DNA of 60,581 bases, filler included, from Nemertoderma westbladi (lineage: Eukaryota > Animalia > Xenacoelomorpha): assembly GCA_032718475.1 (NCBI GenBank). It is 3 parts of 3 records of this genome, joined end to end, with 100 filler letters (N's around TTAATTAATTAA, not from the genome) between each part and the next. Parts side by side here need not be neighbours in the genome. Positions count along the whole stretch, not along the records: positions 19,313 to 45,754 come from JAUCBJ010002575.1; positions 45,855 to 60,581 come from JAUCBJ010002912.1; 1 more part is not named here. One strand, given 5' to 3'. The notes beneath the pieces were generated by a model, which was not told where the DNA came from, did no database searches, and worked only from the letters and a program-made list of their open reading frames with translations. The first letter of the stretch is position 1, and every line of letters begins with the position of its first letter. This document shows positions 37,642 to 49,124 of this stretch, in pieces. The position numbers and the translations under genes are program-made.

Positions 37642-38365
37642 TAACAACCACGGTGAGTTGAACTAGTTGTGTTTCAAATTTCAAGCAATATGATAAAGAT
37701 TTGTAGAACAATCTGGTTGGGGGGGGTCCGTGTCGTCAGAAAATGACACTATATTACGGGACATGGTATACTTGTTGCAAAGTACTTTACAGTGTTCTGA
37801 TCCTCGTGGCTTTATTTTCACTCACTCACTATCGTTCGTTCGTGTAGCAACGCCACTAGGATCATTACACTGTAAAGTGCTACTTACACACAAGTATGTA
37901 AATAGTTATTTTCACGAGATTTTTGTCACTAAAATCCCTCCTCTAAAATGAATTAATTATTATTAAATTATTTATTATTAAATATTTAATATATTAATAT
38001 TTATTTAATATTAATATATTATAGTAAGTCTGTTAGCGTAACGGTATGTCAACTAAACATCTTCACGAAAAAAAAGTTTAGTGGCGAACTTTATTCCCAA
38101 AACTGAGTAAGTTACTGTAGTTAAATTGCACCACTTTAGCTTAATGCATGAAGTGCACTTCATGCATACCTGCGCGCTGCGCCCTAACCCTAACATATAT
38201 GTACTGTAGTATAGGCCTGAATGTATGTAGTATAGGCCTGAATGTATGTAGCATAGGCCTGAATGTAGTTACTACTATATAAAAGATTATTGATATTATT
38301 AATAATAATTAATTATACAGCCTACTGTCTACCTTGTTTGGTTATTGGTTGCATGATATTCAGGT

Positions 38366-38384
38366 GTTGTTGCCAGGTAACAAC
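38366..38384. promoter_or_regulatory. RFX X-box-like palindrome in a putative bidirectional promoter
   Basis: GTTGTTGCCAGGTAACAAC; lies between a minus-strand donor (AAG|GTAGAC at 38333) and the plus-strand ATG at 38543; CCAAT at about 38416. Confidence 0.55.
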
Positions 38385-38542
38385 AACATCATTTCTTGTG
38401 AGAATAAATAGCCAACCAATAAATAAGCAAGGCCTTCTTTATAAATCAGTTTTACTTCAATCAGTTTAGTTAATAATTTATTAGTTTCTCAAGTCGTATT
38501 GTTATTTACTGCTTTATTAGAAGAAAGGACGCTGGACAAGAA

Positions 38543-38617
38543 ATGGCTGCGATATTTTCTCCTGCATCACCGGATGATATATTGTTTAACCGGAACGGAT
38601 GTACTAGTTGTTTGCAG
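38543..38617 (+). CDS. Uncharacterised plus-strand gene, first coding exon
   Basis: MAAIFSPASPDDILFNRNGCTSCLQ; strong donor CAG|GTAAGT, phase 0. Confidence 0.55.
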
Positions 38618-38699
38618 GTAAGTAAACAGGTTGGGCTGTGAATAAATAATATTTTTTTTAACGATTGATTTTTAAGGAATTAACATCCTAACTTCTGGG

Positions 38700-41381
38700 A
38701 GACTGGCTAAGAAGTTTCGTAAGGTGGTTCTGATTGTGTGCTACTCTCCAACTAGTGTTGCCCCTGTAGAGGAGGTGGAAAATTTCTAACAGAATCTACA
38801 ACTGATGGAGCTACTGATGGAGTGGATCAGCATGCATTCTTAACATTCCTGGGAGACTTTAATGCAAGTCTGCATCAATCACCTACATCGCCCTGGGTCT
38901 ATAGCAATAGTGTTAACCGAAATTCCGTCCATCTTCAGGATTTTATCTCTGGAAATGGATTGTTTTCGGCTGGAACCCAGTTCAAGAAGCGAACTGGAAA
39001 GCTATGGACTCATAGTGGACCCAGTGGTCACAAGTCCCAGATAGACCATATCCTGTTTCCTAGGAAATACAGGAGCTCCATACAAGACTGTAATGCATTT
39101 ACACTACGACCCTTCTCCAGTGATCACCGCCTTATTGTGGCCAAGGTAAGACTTAGTCTGCGTGCTAGCAGAACAACGAAATCTGCCTTGCCGCGGCATG
39201 ACTGGTCCTCTCTGTTGCAACAGCCAAGTGTGAGATCCAGCTTCACACTACAGCTGAGCAACAGGTATGAGGTTCTTGCCTCTGAGGCGGCAGATCACTG
39301 TGAGGGCTATACTGCCTTCACAGAGGCAGTTAAGTTAGCAGCTGCAGAAACAGTTCCTGTATACCCTCGAAACAGGAAACGGGCCCCCTGGACTGACAAC
39401 AAAATTCAGAAGTACCGAAATGACCTCTACAAGGCGCAGAAAGAGTCCCGACTCAAACAGACTACAGCGGCCAAGACTGCAGTTAAGGCTGCATCTAGGT
39501 CCCTGAACAGGCAGTACTCTGTTAATTTACAGGAGCTAATAAACCAACAGGTTGATGCCATCAATGATGCTGACGACAGCAGGCAATCATCCCAGGCATG
39601 GAGATTGATCAACTTGCTTGCTGGTCGAAAAAGCCAACCAACCACCAAGGTTAAGGCTGAATCACCAGCCGATCGCCTCAATGGTTGGAAGGCCCACTTT
39701 GAAAAGCTCCTAAAAAATGACAGGGTATTGCCTGATAACTTTATAGAAGTAAAAGTGTCTGAGTCTGTACTCCCAGATATTCCCATTGGTGATATCTCCT
39801 TTGCAGAAGTGAAGGCTGCTGCAAACAGCATTAAGACCAATCGTGCCAGTGGAGTAGATGGTGTTCCCCCTGAGGTCTTTAAAATACCTGAGTGTTTAAA
39901 GCTCATCTATCCCATCATAGTAGACATGTACCGAACAACAAGAGTCCCACAAGTGATGAAAACAAATAAGTTGGTGCCAGTTCCCAAGAAGGGCAACCTA
40001 ACACTCTATGGTTCTTTTCGGGGAATCTCATTGATCTCGATTGCTGCAAAGCTATACAATAGAATTCTATTAAATCGTATCAGGGATCTCATTGAGAGAC
40101 TACTCCGTGGAAATCAGAATGGGTTCCGTAAAGGTCGTGGGACCATGGAGCCCATTTTGGCACTTAGAAGGATAATTGAAGAGTTATCAAAAAAGAAAGA
40201 CAGGCATCTGGCTGTTATCTTTGTTGACTTCTTCAAAGCCTTTGATTCAGTCTCTCGCTCACGTATGTTCAGCATACTTTCATTATATTGGATTCCTTAT
40301 GAAATTATTGCAGCAATCAGATCAGTATACGATGGTTCGACAACATTTGTGTCTACTGTTGACGGTGACACAGAACCATTTGAAGTGTTATGGGGCGTCC
40401 TCCAGGGAGACACACTTGCACCATTCTTGTTCATAATTGTTGTTTTCTATGCTCTACGCATGTCCTTAGATCATCATAATGATAATGGGGTGATGATAAC
40501 TCCACCTACTGGCTCCAGAAGTCGAGGAAGTCCTGCCAAGTACCTAACTGATCTAGACTTTGCTGATGACTTAGGAGTACTCTCAGAATCACTAGAGGGA
40601 GCCCAACGGCTCCTCAGCTCATTAGAACATGCTGCTTCTAGTGTTGGTCTTTTTATTAACTCCAGATAGACCAAAATTTTGACAGTTAACTTTGAAAGTC
40701 CTCAGCAAGTCTCTGATCGGATGAGCATAAGCTCAAACGATGGTATGCTTGAGCATGTGGACGACTTCTGTTACCTGGGATCATGGATCCGGAAGTCAGG
40801 TGAGGACCTTCGAATACGTAAGGGAAAGGCATGGGCAGCCTTGAATAGGCTTTCCAGGATTTGGAAGTCACCGAGAATTAATCGGAAACTTAAGGTCCGA
40901 TTATTTAGAGCAGCAGTAGTTCCAGTACTCCTCTATGGGAGTCCATGCTGGGCTCTAACTGCTGAGGACACCAGATCTCTGGATGGCACATTCACAAGAA
41001 TGCTACGCCGGGTTCATTGTGTTAAGTACGATGCACACATCTCCAACCAGACACTATATAACATTGGAGGTGTCTCATTTGTTCCCCCAAGCTTGACACT
41101 AGAACAAGCTCGCCTCCGCTTTGCAGGACATTTGCTTTCGCCGCGAGGACCAGCCAGTGCATAATCTTGTACTTTGGCAGCCTCATGGAGTGAATAAGCA
41201 TGGTGGACAGCCCATGACTTTCTTGAGACGCATCTTAATGGACACTGGCCTTGAAGATGCGGATGATCTAGCAAATGTCATGGGTGATAGGGAGTTGTGG
41301 CGGTGCAATTTTGTCGATAAGCCGGCACAGCATTCTTAAAAATGCAGCTGCAATGCAGCATGCCGATCCTAGTAGTATTAG
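38700..41381 (+). mobile_element. LINE family B (APE endonuclease plus reverse transcriptase), 5'-truncated and mildly decayed
   Basis: CYSPT, GDFNA, SQIDHI, SDHRL, QNGFRKGR, FVDFFKAFDSV, GVLQGDTLAP, DFADDL; stop at 40667, frameshift near 41143; TAG-type tail; intronic. Confidence 0.95.
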
Positions 41382-41528
41382 TTACATAATTAGGTCCACC
41401 ATTGTGCTGTTTATTTTAAGTATGATGTACCTTTAATAACTACAGTAATAATAATAATAATAATAATTGCATTATACATGTAATATTTCGATGATTATAC
41501 TTTTCCATTCTAATTCGTTTTCCTTTAG

Positions 41529-41673
41529 GGAATAAATGATGTGAATCACCCATCGGTAAGATTAACTGAAACTCTAATTGAAATATTGAATCGTCTAGGG
41601 AAGGTAATAGGCGTATGTCGGGAGGAAATCAGAAGTAACATTGAATACCAGACTGATGGACCGGTGGTTAGAT
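41529..41673 (+). CDS. Uncharacterised plus-strand gene, second coding exon
   Basis: TTTTCCTTTAG acceptor; the only open frame (GINDVNHPSVRL..EYQTDGPVVR) is in phase with exon 1; donor AT|GTAAGT; a competing donor CG|GTAAGA exists at 41556. Confidence 0.55.
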
Positions 41674-44600
41674 GTAAGTATATGGAGGGGGGGACATTGA
41701 ATACCAGACTGATGGACCGGTGGTTAGATGTAAGTATATGGAGGGGGGAACACTGAATACCAGACTGATGGACCGGTGGTTAGATGTAAGTATATGGAGG
41801 GAGGGACATTGAATACCAGACTGATGGACCGGTGGTTAGATGTAAGTATATGGAGGGAGGGACATTGAATACCAGACTGATGGACCGGTGGTTAGATGTA
41901 AGTATATGGAGGGGGGACATTGAATACCAGACTGATGGACCGGTGGTTAGATGTAAGTATATGGAGGGGGGAACATTGAATACCAGACTGATGGACCGGT
42001 GGTTAGATGTAAGTATATGGAGGGGGGACATTGAATACCAGACTGATGGACCGGTGGTTAGATGTAAGTATATGGAGCGGGGAACATTGAATACCAGACT
42101 GACTGATGGACCGGTGGTTAGATGTAAGTATATGGAGGGGGGAACATTGAATACCAGACTGATGGACCGGTGGTTAGATGTAAGTATATGGAGGGGGGGA
42201 CATTGAATACCAGACTGATGGACCGGTGGTTAGATGTAAGTATATGGAGCGGGGAACATTGAATACCAGACTGATGGACCGGTGGTTAGATGTAAGTATA
42301 TGGAGGGGGGACATTGAATACCAGACTGACTGATGGACCGGTGGTTAGATGTAAGTATATGGAGCGGGGAACATTGAATACCAGACTGATGGACCGGTGG
42401 TTAGATGTAAGTATATGGAGGGGGGAACATTGAATACCAGACTGACTGATGGACCGGTGGTTAGATGTAAGTATATGGAGGGGGGAACATTGAATACCAG
42501 ACTGACTGATGGACCGGTGGTTAGATGTAAGTATATGGAGGGGGGAACATTGAATACCAGACTGACTGATGGACCGGTGGTTAGATGTAAGTATATGGAG
42601 GGGGGAACATTGAATACCAGACTGACTGATGGACCGGTGGTTAGATGTAAGTATATGGAGGGGGGAACATTGAATACCAGACTGATGGACCGGTGGTTAG
42701 ATGTAAGTATATGGAGGGGGGAACATTGAATACCAGACTGACTGATGGACCGGTGGTTAGATGTAAGTATATGGAGGGGGGAACATTGAATACCAGACTG
42801 ATGGACCGGTGGTTAGATGTAAGTATATGGAGGGGGGGACATTGAATACCAGACTGACTGATGGACCGGTGGTTAGATGTAAGTATATGGAGGGGGAACA
42901 TTGAATACCAGACTGATGGACCGGTGGTTAGATGTAAGTATATGGAGGGGGGAACATTGAATACCAGACTGACTGATGGACCGGTGGTTAGATGTAAGTA
43001 TATGGAGGGGGGAACATTGAATACCAGACTGACTGATGGACCGGTGGTTAGATGTAAGTATATGGAGGGGGGAACATTGAATACCAGACTGATGATGGAC
43101 CGGTGGTTAGATGTAAGTATATGGAGGGGGGAACATTGAATACCAGACTGACTGATGGACCGGTGGTTAGATGTAAGTATATGGAGGGGGGAACATTGAA
43201 TACCAGACTGACTGATGGACCGGTGGTTAGATGTAAGTATATGGAGGGGGGAACATTGAATACCAGACTGACTGATGGACCGGTGGTTAGATGTAAGTAT
43301 ATGGAGGGGGGAACATTGAATACCAGACTGATGGACCGGTGGTTAGATGTAAGTATATGGAGGGGGGAACATTGAATACCAGACTGACTGATGGACCGGT
43401 GGTTAGATGTAAGTATATGGAGGGGGGACATTGAATACCAGACTGACTGATGACCGGTGGTTAGATGTAAGTATATGGAGGGGGAACACTGAATACCAGA
43501 CTGATGGACCGGTGGTTAGATGTAAGTATATGGAGGGGGGAACATTGAATACCAGACTGATGGACCGGTGGTTAGATGTAAGTATATGGAGGGGGGAACA
43601 TTGAATACCAGACTGATGGACCGGTGGTTAGATGTAAGTATATGGAGGGGGGAACACTGAATACCAGACTGATGGACCGGTGGTTAGATGTAAGTATATG
43701 GAGGGGGGACATTGAATACCAGACTGACTGATGGACCGGTGGTTAGATGTAAGTATATGGAGGGGGGACATTGAATACCAGACTGATGGACCGGTGGTTA
43801 GATGTAAGTATATGGAGGGGGGAACATTGAATACCAGACTGATGGACCGGTGGTTAGATGTAAGTATATGGAGGGGGGAACATTGAATACCAGACTGATG
43901 GACCGGTGGTTAGATGTAAGTATATGGAGGGGGGAACACTGAATACCAGACTGATGGACCGGTGGTTAGATGTAAGTATATGGAGGGGGGACATTGAATA
44001 CCAGACTGATGGACCGGTGGTTAGATGTAAGTATATGGAGGGGGGACATTGAATACCAGACTGATGGACCGGTGGTTAGATGTAAGTATATGGAGGGAGG
44101 GACATTGAATACCAGACTGATGGACCGGTGGTTAGATGTAAGTATATGGAGGGGGGACATTGAATACCAGACTGATGGACCGGTGGTTAGATGTAAGTAT
44201 ATGGAGCGGGGGACATTGAATACCAGACTGATGGACCGGTGGTTAGATGTAAGTATATGGAGGGGGGGACATTGAATACCAGACTGATGGACCGGTGGTT
44301 AGATGTAAGTATATGGAGCGGGGGACACTGAATACCAGACTGATGGACCGGTGGTTAGATGTAAGTATATGGAGGGGGGAACATTGAATACCAGACTGAT
44401 GGACCGGTGGTTAGATGTAAGTATATGGAGCGGGGAACATTGAATACCAGACTGATGGACCGGTGGTTAGATGTAAGTATATGGAGGGGGGAACATTGAA
44501 TACCAGACTGATGGACCGGTGGTTAGATGTAAGTATATGGAGCGGGGAACATTGAATACCAGACTGACTGATGGACCGGTGGTTAGATGTAAGTATATGG

Positions 44601-45754
44601 AGGGGGGAACATTGAATACCAGACTGACTGATGGACCGGTGGTTAGATGTAAGTATATGGAGGGGGGAACATTGAATACCAGACTGACTGATGGACCGGT
44701 GGTTAGATGTAAGTATATGGAGGGGGGAACATTGAATACCAGACTGATGTGACCGGTGGTTAGATGTAAGTATATGGAGGGGGGAACATTGAATACCAGA
44801 CTGACTGATGGACCGGTGGTTAGATGTAAGTATATGGAGGGGGGAACATTGAATACCAGACTGATGGACCGGTGGTTAGATGTAAGTATATGGAGGGGGG
44901 AACATTGAATACCAGACTGACTGATGGACCGGTGGTTAGATGTAAGTATATGGAGGGGGGAACATTGAATACCAGACTGATGGACCGGTGGTTAGATGTA
45001 AGTATATGGAGGGGGGGACATGTGGACCGGTGGTTAGATGTAAGTATATGGAGGGGGGAACATTGAATACCATGACTGATGGACCGGTGGTTAGATGTAA
45101 GTATATGGAGGGGGAACATTGAATACCAGACTGATGGACCGGTGGTTAGATGTAAGTATATGGAGGGGGGACATTGAATACCATGACTGATGGACCGGTG
45201 GTTAGATGTAAGTATATGGAGGGGGGAACATTGAATACCAGACTGACTGATGGACCGGTGGTTAGATGTAAGTATATGGAGCGGGGAACATTGAATACCA
45301 GACTGATGGACCGGTGGTTAGATGTAAGTATATGGAGGGGGGACATTGAATACCAGACTGACTGATGGACCAGTGCGGTGGTTAGATGTAAGTATATGGA
45401 GGGGGGAACATTGAATACCAGACTGACTGATGGACCGGTGGTTAGATGTAAGTATATGGAGGGGGGAACATTGAATACCAGACTGAATGATGGACCGGTG
45501 GTTAGATGTAAGTATATGGAGGGGGGAACATTGAATACCAGACTGACTGATGGACCGGTGGTTAGATGTAAGTATATGGAGGGGGGAACATTGAATACCA
45601 GACTGACTGATGGACCGGTGGTTAGATGTAAGTATATGGAGGGGGGAACATTGAATACCAGACTGATGGACCGGTGGTTAGATGTAAGTATATGGAGGGG
45701 GGGGGGGGGGGGGGGGGGGGCACTGAATACCAGACTGATGGACCGGTGGTTAGA
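41638..45754 (+). repeat. 55-60-bp satellite, about 70 copies, made of the exon 3' end plus 5' splice site
   Basis: Unit ACATTGAATACCAGACT(GACT)GATGGACCGGTGGTTAGAT|GTAAGTATATGGAGGGGGGA; the first copy is continuous with unique exon sequence; runs into the gap. Confidence 0.95.
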
Positions 45755-45854
45755 NNNNNNNNNNNNNNNNNNNNNNNNNNNNNNNNNNNNNNNNNNNNTT
45801 AATTAATTAANNNNNNNNNNNNNNNNNNNNNNNNNNNNNNNNNNNNNNNNNNNN
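45755..45854. other. Artificial 100-nt linker (N44-TTAATTAATTAA-N44)
   Basis: Identical in design to 19213-19312. Confidence 0.97.
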
Positions 45855-46048
45855 ACTTATTATTATTAACTAACAGCCTGGGCCAGGCATACGGGGCTAC
45901 AGTGGTTTCTACAACACTGTATAACAGTTATTCTTTGAGGCATGGTTGCCATTTCTGGCAGAGCACGGGAATAACGAAAGTTGTACTTTACTTTGAGTGA
46001 TTGTATGGCCTTAATATGATCTCCCACTCCATAGCGAAATATTCATCC

Positions 46049-46135
46049 GGTCTTGTAGCTCAGTAGACTCACCCGGCTGATGATAACCAGAAGTTTGAAA
46101 CCTAGGTACCGGGTTCGAGCCCCAATAGGGCCGGT
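46049..46135 (+). mobile_element. Degenerate tRNA-derived SINE-like head
   Basis: GTAGCTCAGT (A-box start) ... GGGTTCGAGCCCC (B box); the spacing does not give a cloverleaf. Confidence 0.4.
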
Positions 46136-47625
46136 TGATATTTTTCGCTATGGAGAGCATTATCATATTGTCCTCTGGGGGGAAGCTCGGAGAGTGATAT
46201 GGGTCTGGATGGAGCGGTTTTCCGGCAAATATAGCAAGGGAGTAAGGAGAATTATGAAAGACATCAAACATTAGATAGAAAGAAGACTTGAAACTTATGC
46301 AAACTATGGAGTGGAAGGACGTTTAGTTATAGAAACGCAAAGAAGATAATCTGCGGTGACTAAATGTAATGCAACGGTTGTGAAGATGCCTAAGAATTGT
46401 AGTGTAGTGTAGGTGCTAAGAATTTCGAACACCCCCCCCCCCCCCCCCCCCCCCCCCACCCTTCTCCCGAGAGGGCTAGTTTATTTATATGCTTATATAA
46501 TATTTCTTAATTTAAATGTAATGCAATATACTAGTTAGCATAATATGCTGAGAATCAACCAGCATTACAAACAGTGCATATTGATTTGATGTAGAGAAAC
46601 CCCGCTGATAATCTCTCAATGTATATCCCCATTCAACATGAAGGAGGAGCTGCAATATTACTACAGAAAACGTAATGAACTTCGATTTGAAGTTTCTTAA
46701 TGTAATTTCCCAACCACCGGCATTAAAGACGGGGAGCTTCAGCGTTGAGTATATATATTTAGGTGTAATCGTTGTAATAGTGCTAATATGTAGCGACAAT
46801 GTATATACATGTAAGAAAAATCAATAGAGTAGGATTCTGTGCTTATCACACATGTTTAATGTGTTGTATTCATTTAGTCAGGCTGCATTAGCGTCACACA
46901 TTCCCTTTCCCTCACCTAATATTGGGAGCAAAATTATTCGTTTGGGCTGAAAATTTGTACGCTATATTATATTTAGGATTGTAGTTTTGTTGTTACATAT
47001 TTACGTGTATGTTTATAATTCATGTATAATAATTATTGTATAAATTGAAGTAGAAGCTTGAAAATCCAATAATAAAGAGTTAATTGTATTTTATTTATTA
47101 ATCAAGCACGTCGAGTAAAAACCTTACCGGTAGGTATGTCAGTACCAAAGTATGTAAAAAACTAAAAAGCAACAAGACCTAGACGTTGCATGCAATCAGT
47201 GATCAGCTGACGGCAGGCAGCTGATCGGTAGGTTTCGTCGCCCCACAATAAAATACAATTAACTCTTAATTATTGTATACTATTTTCTAACATTAGTGTC
47301 ATTATTCGATTTGTTTGCTCCTATTTCAATGTTACAAGGATATGAAAATCCCTGGCATCACACCTACTATGGAGGTAAATTTATTTTGGGCGGCAGTCGA
47401 GCCTATGTTGCTATATGGCAGTCACTGCTAGTCTCTGTGACCCTTGGTGGTATGTACATTACATACGCAAGGACACAACGCAGGGATCATGATTTAATAT
47501 ACATTTGCAATGCTTTGTACCATATTGGTAGTGATCAAGCGCCACCCTGCAGGCACTAGGGGTGGCGTATTCCCAATCCTTTTGTATATACTACTGTATT
47601 TATTATATTACATAAAATAAAGTAA

Positions 47626-48712
47626 TTTTTTTTTTATTGTCACCCCGAGCGGGGTAGTTTTATTTAATTAACCATTAGTAGTATATAGAGTGTAATTTAA
47701 AATACGGAATTAAAATAATTTAAAATATAATAGGTAAAAATAATACTAAAAGGGAAGAATCCGAAGACAGAACTAGAGGCTTCCTAGAAGGGATAGGTGA
47801 GGGCAACTCGCACATCTAATAGCATGGAGCCGGTTGGAAGCAGGACCCCCGCAGTAGATACAGGTGCAGGCATCCCTAAGTTCGTGAAAGGGGGTTTTAT
47901 TTCGGCATATTTTCCAATGGCAACCATGGACAGTTAACTCGAATTATGAGGTGTCGATTCTTTTGGCCGGGAGAGCGCCACTGTGATGTTGTAAATGCAG
48001 GGCCTTTGGAATAATTTTCTGCAACAAATAAGCTTTCTTTTGTCTGGCGTTGTAGTCGATATTGTTCTAGAACAGTAGGTTCAAACATTGAAGGATAACG
48101 CAGTGACAAATCTTCTATGTATGTGTTCGTTGGAATCATTTTCAGGGCCACGGTGGAAGAGGCATTTTTTGGCAAACCAAGAAGACGTTTCACATAAGTT
48201 GATTTGATGATATAAATTTGTTTTAAGGTTCGCGAGAGTAAAGAATTTGGCGATCTCTGTGAAGACATAATTAACCATAGGGTCTATTTTCATTTGGAAG
48301 ATAGTTAGACCAGTGTTAACAGAAACATGGTGAAGATTTTTTAGACATCCTATGGCTGAGAAAGCTTTCCTTTTCTTCTGGTTTATGTGTCGTGAGAACG
48401 ATAACGATGGTTGTAGGGTGACCCCTAGGTACTCGTATTCATTGCATAACGGTACTTGGACGCCGTTGTAGTAGAATACATCTGCCCTGGATGTTCGACC
48501 GCCTTTCCTAAATTTAATTATTTTGGTTTTCCCCATATTTAATTCCATCGAGTTTTTAATGGACCATTTGTAGAGTTCGTTTAGTGCGTTTTGGATATCA
48601 CTGTTCTTTAGCGGGTATATAACTAGGTCGTCAGCAAAAAATATGAATCTTATGGTAGAAGCAATTTGTTGGAGAACTTGTGCCAGGTCCGCAATAAACA
48701 TCAGGAAGCAAA
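47626..48712 (-). mobile_element. LINE family C, 3' fragment (RT C-terminus)
   Basis: FIADL, IFFADDLVI, LNMGKTKIIKFRKGG, YEYLGV; frameshifts; ends in a stem-loop plus AATAAAAAAAAA. Confidence 0.85.
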
Positions 48713-48868
48713 TAAAGTAATAAAAATAAGATAGAAGTATTAAAATAAAGTAATAGGAATGCATTTTAAACAACCATGTTCAGCATGATCCGGTCTCTTG
48801 AATATAATCTTGTGTTGATTTTGTGTATATTTTTGACAGACCAATATCAAGCAATTAAAATAAAGGAC

Positions 48869-48978
48869 TATTCTGTCCGCGTGGTTGAATTTTATATGAG
48901 TTGGCAGGTTTTTAGCACGAGCGAAGCGAGTGTTAAAATGCCAATGAGTAGAAAACTCAACCCACGAGGGCAGAATAT
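48869..48978. mobile_element. Short palindromic MITE-like repeat
   Basis: TATTCTGTCC.CGTGG.TTGA / TCAACCCACGAGGGCAGAATA arms around ACGAGCGAAGCGAGTG. Confidence 0.6.
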
Positions 48979-49124
48979 CTGAATTTCGTTAATGAAAATT
49001 AGTGGAAAATAGTGTTTTACTTTACGTTTTTATATCGAATATATTGTTTTATTTTTACGACCTATAATATTACTATATTTTAATACAGAATCTCAAATAA
49101 ATATATAACTAGCTTTTCAGTAAG

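Larger units (their letters stand above)
36226..37768. mobile_element. Tc1/mariner-type non-autonomous element with long TIRs and TA duplication
   Basis: CACCATGTCCCGTAATA..GTCATTTTCTGATGACACGGACCCCCC mirrored at 37719-37768; TA on both sides; the empty site CATACATA^CTTGTTGCAAAG is visible in the paralog at about 34324-34345. Confidence 0.85.

Noticed and set aside
38182-38194. Telomeric repeat CCCTAA
   Set aside because: Only two copies
41780-45806. Many repetitive ORFs
   Set aside because: By-products of the satellite with constant frameshifts
47339-47374. Micro-exon GYENPWHHTYYG (AAG acceptor, GAG|GTAAAT donor)
   Set aside because: Cannot be linked to any neighbouring exon; insufficient support
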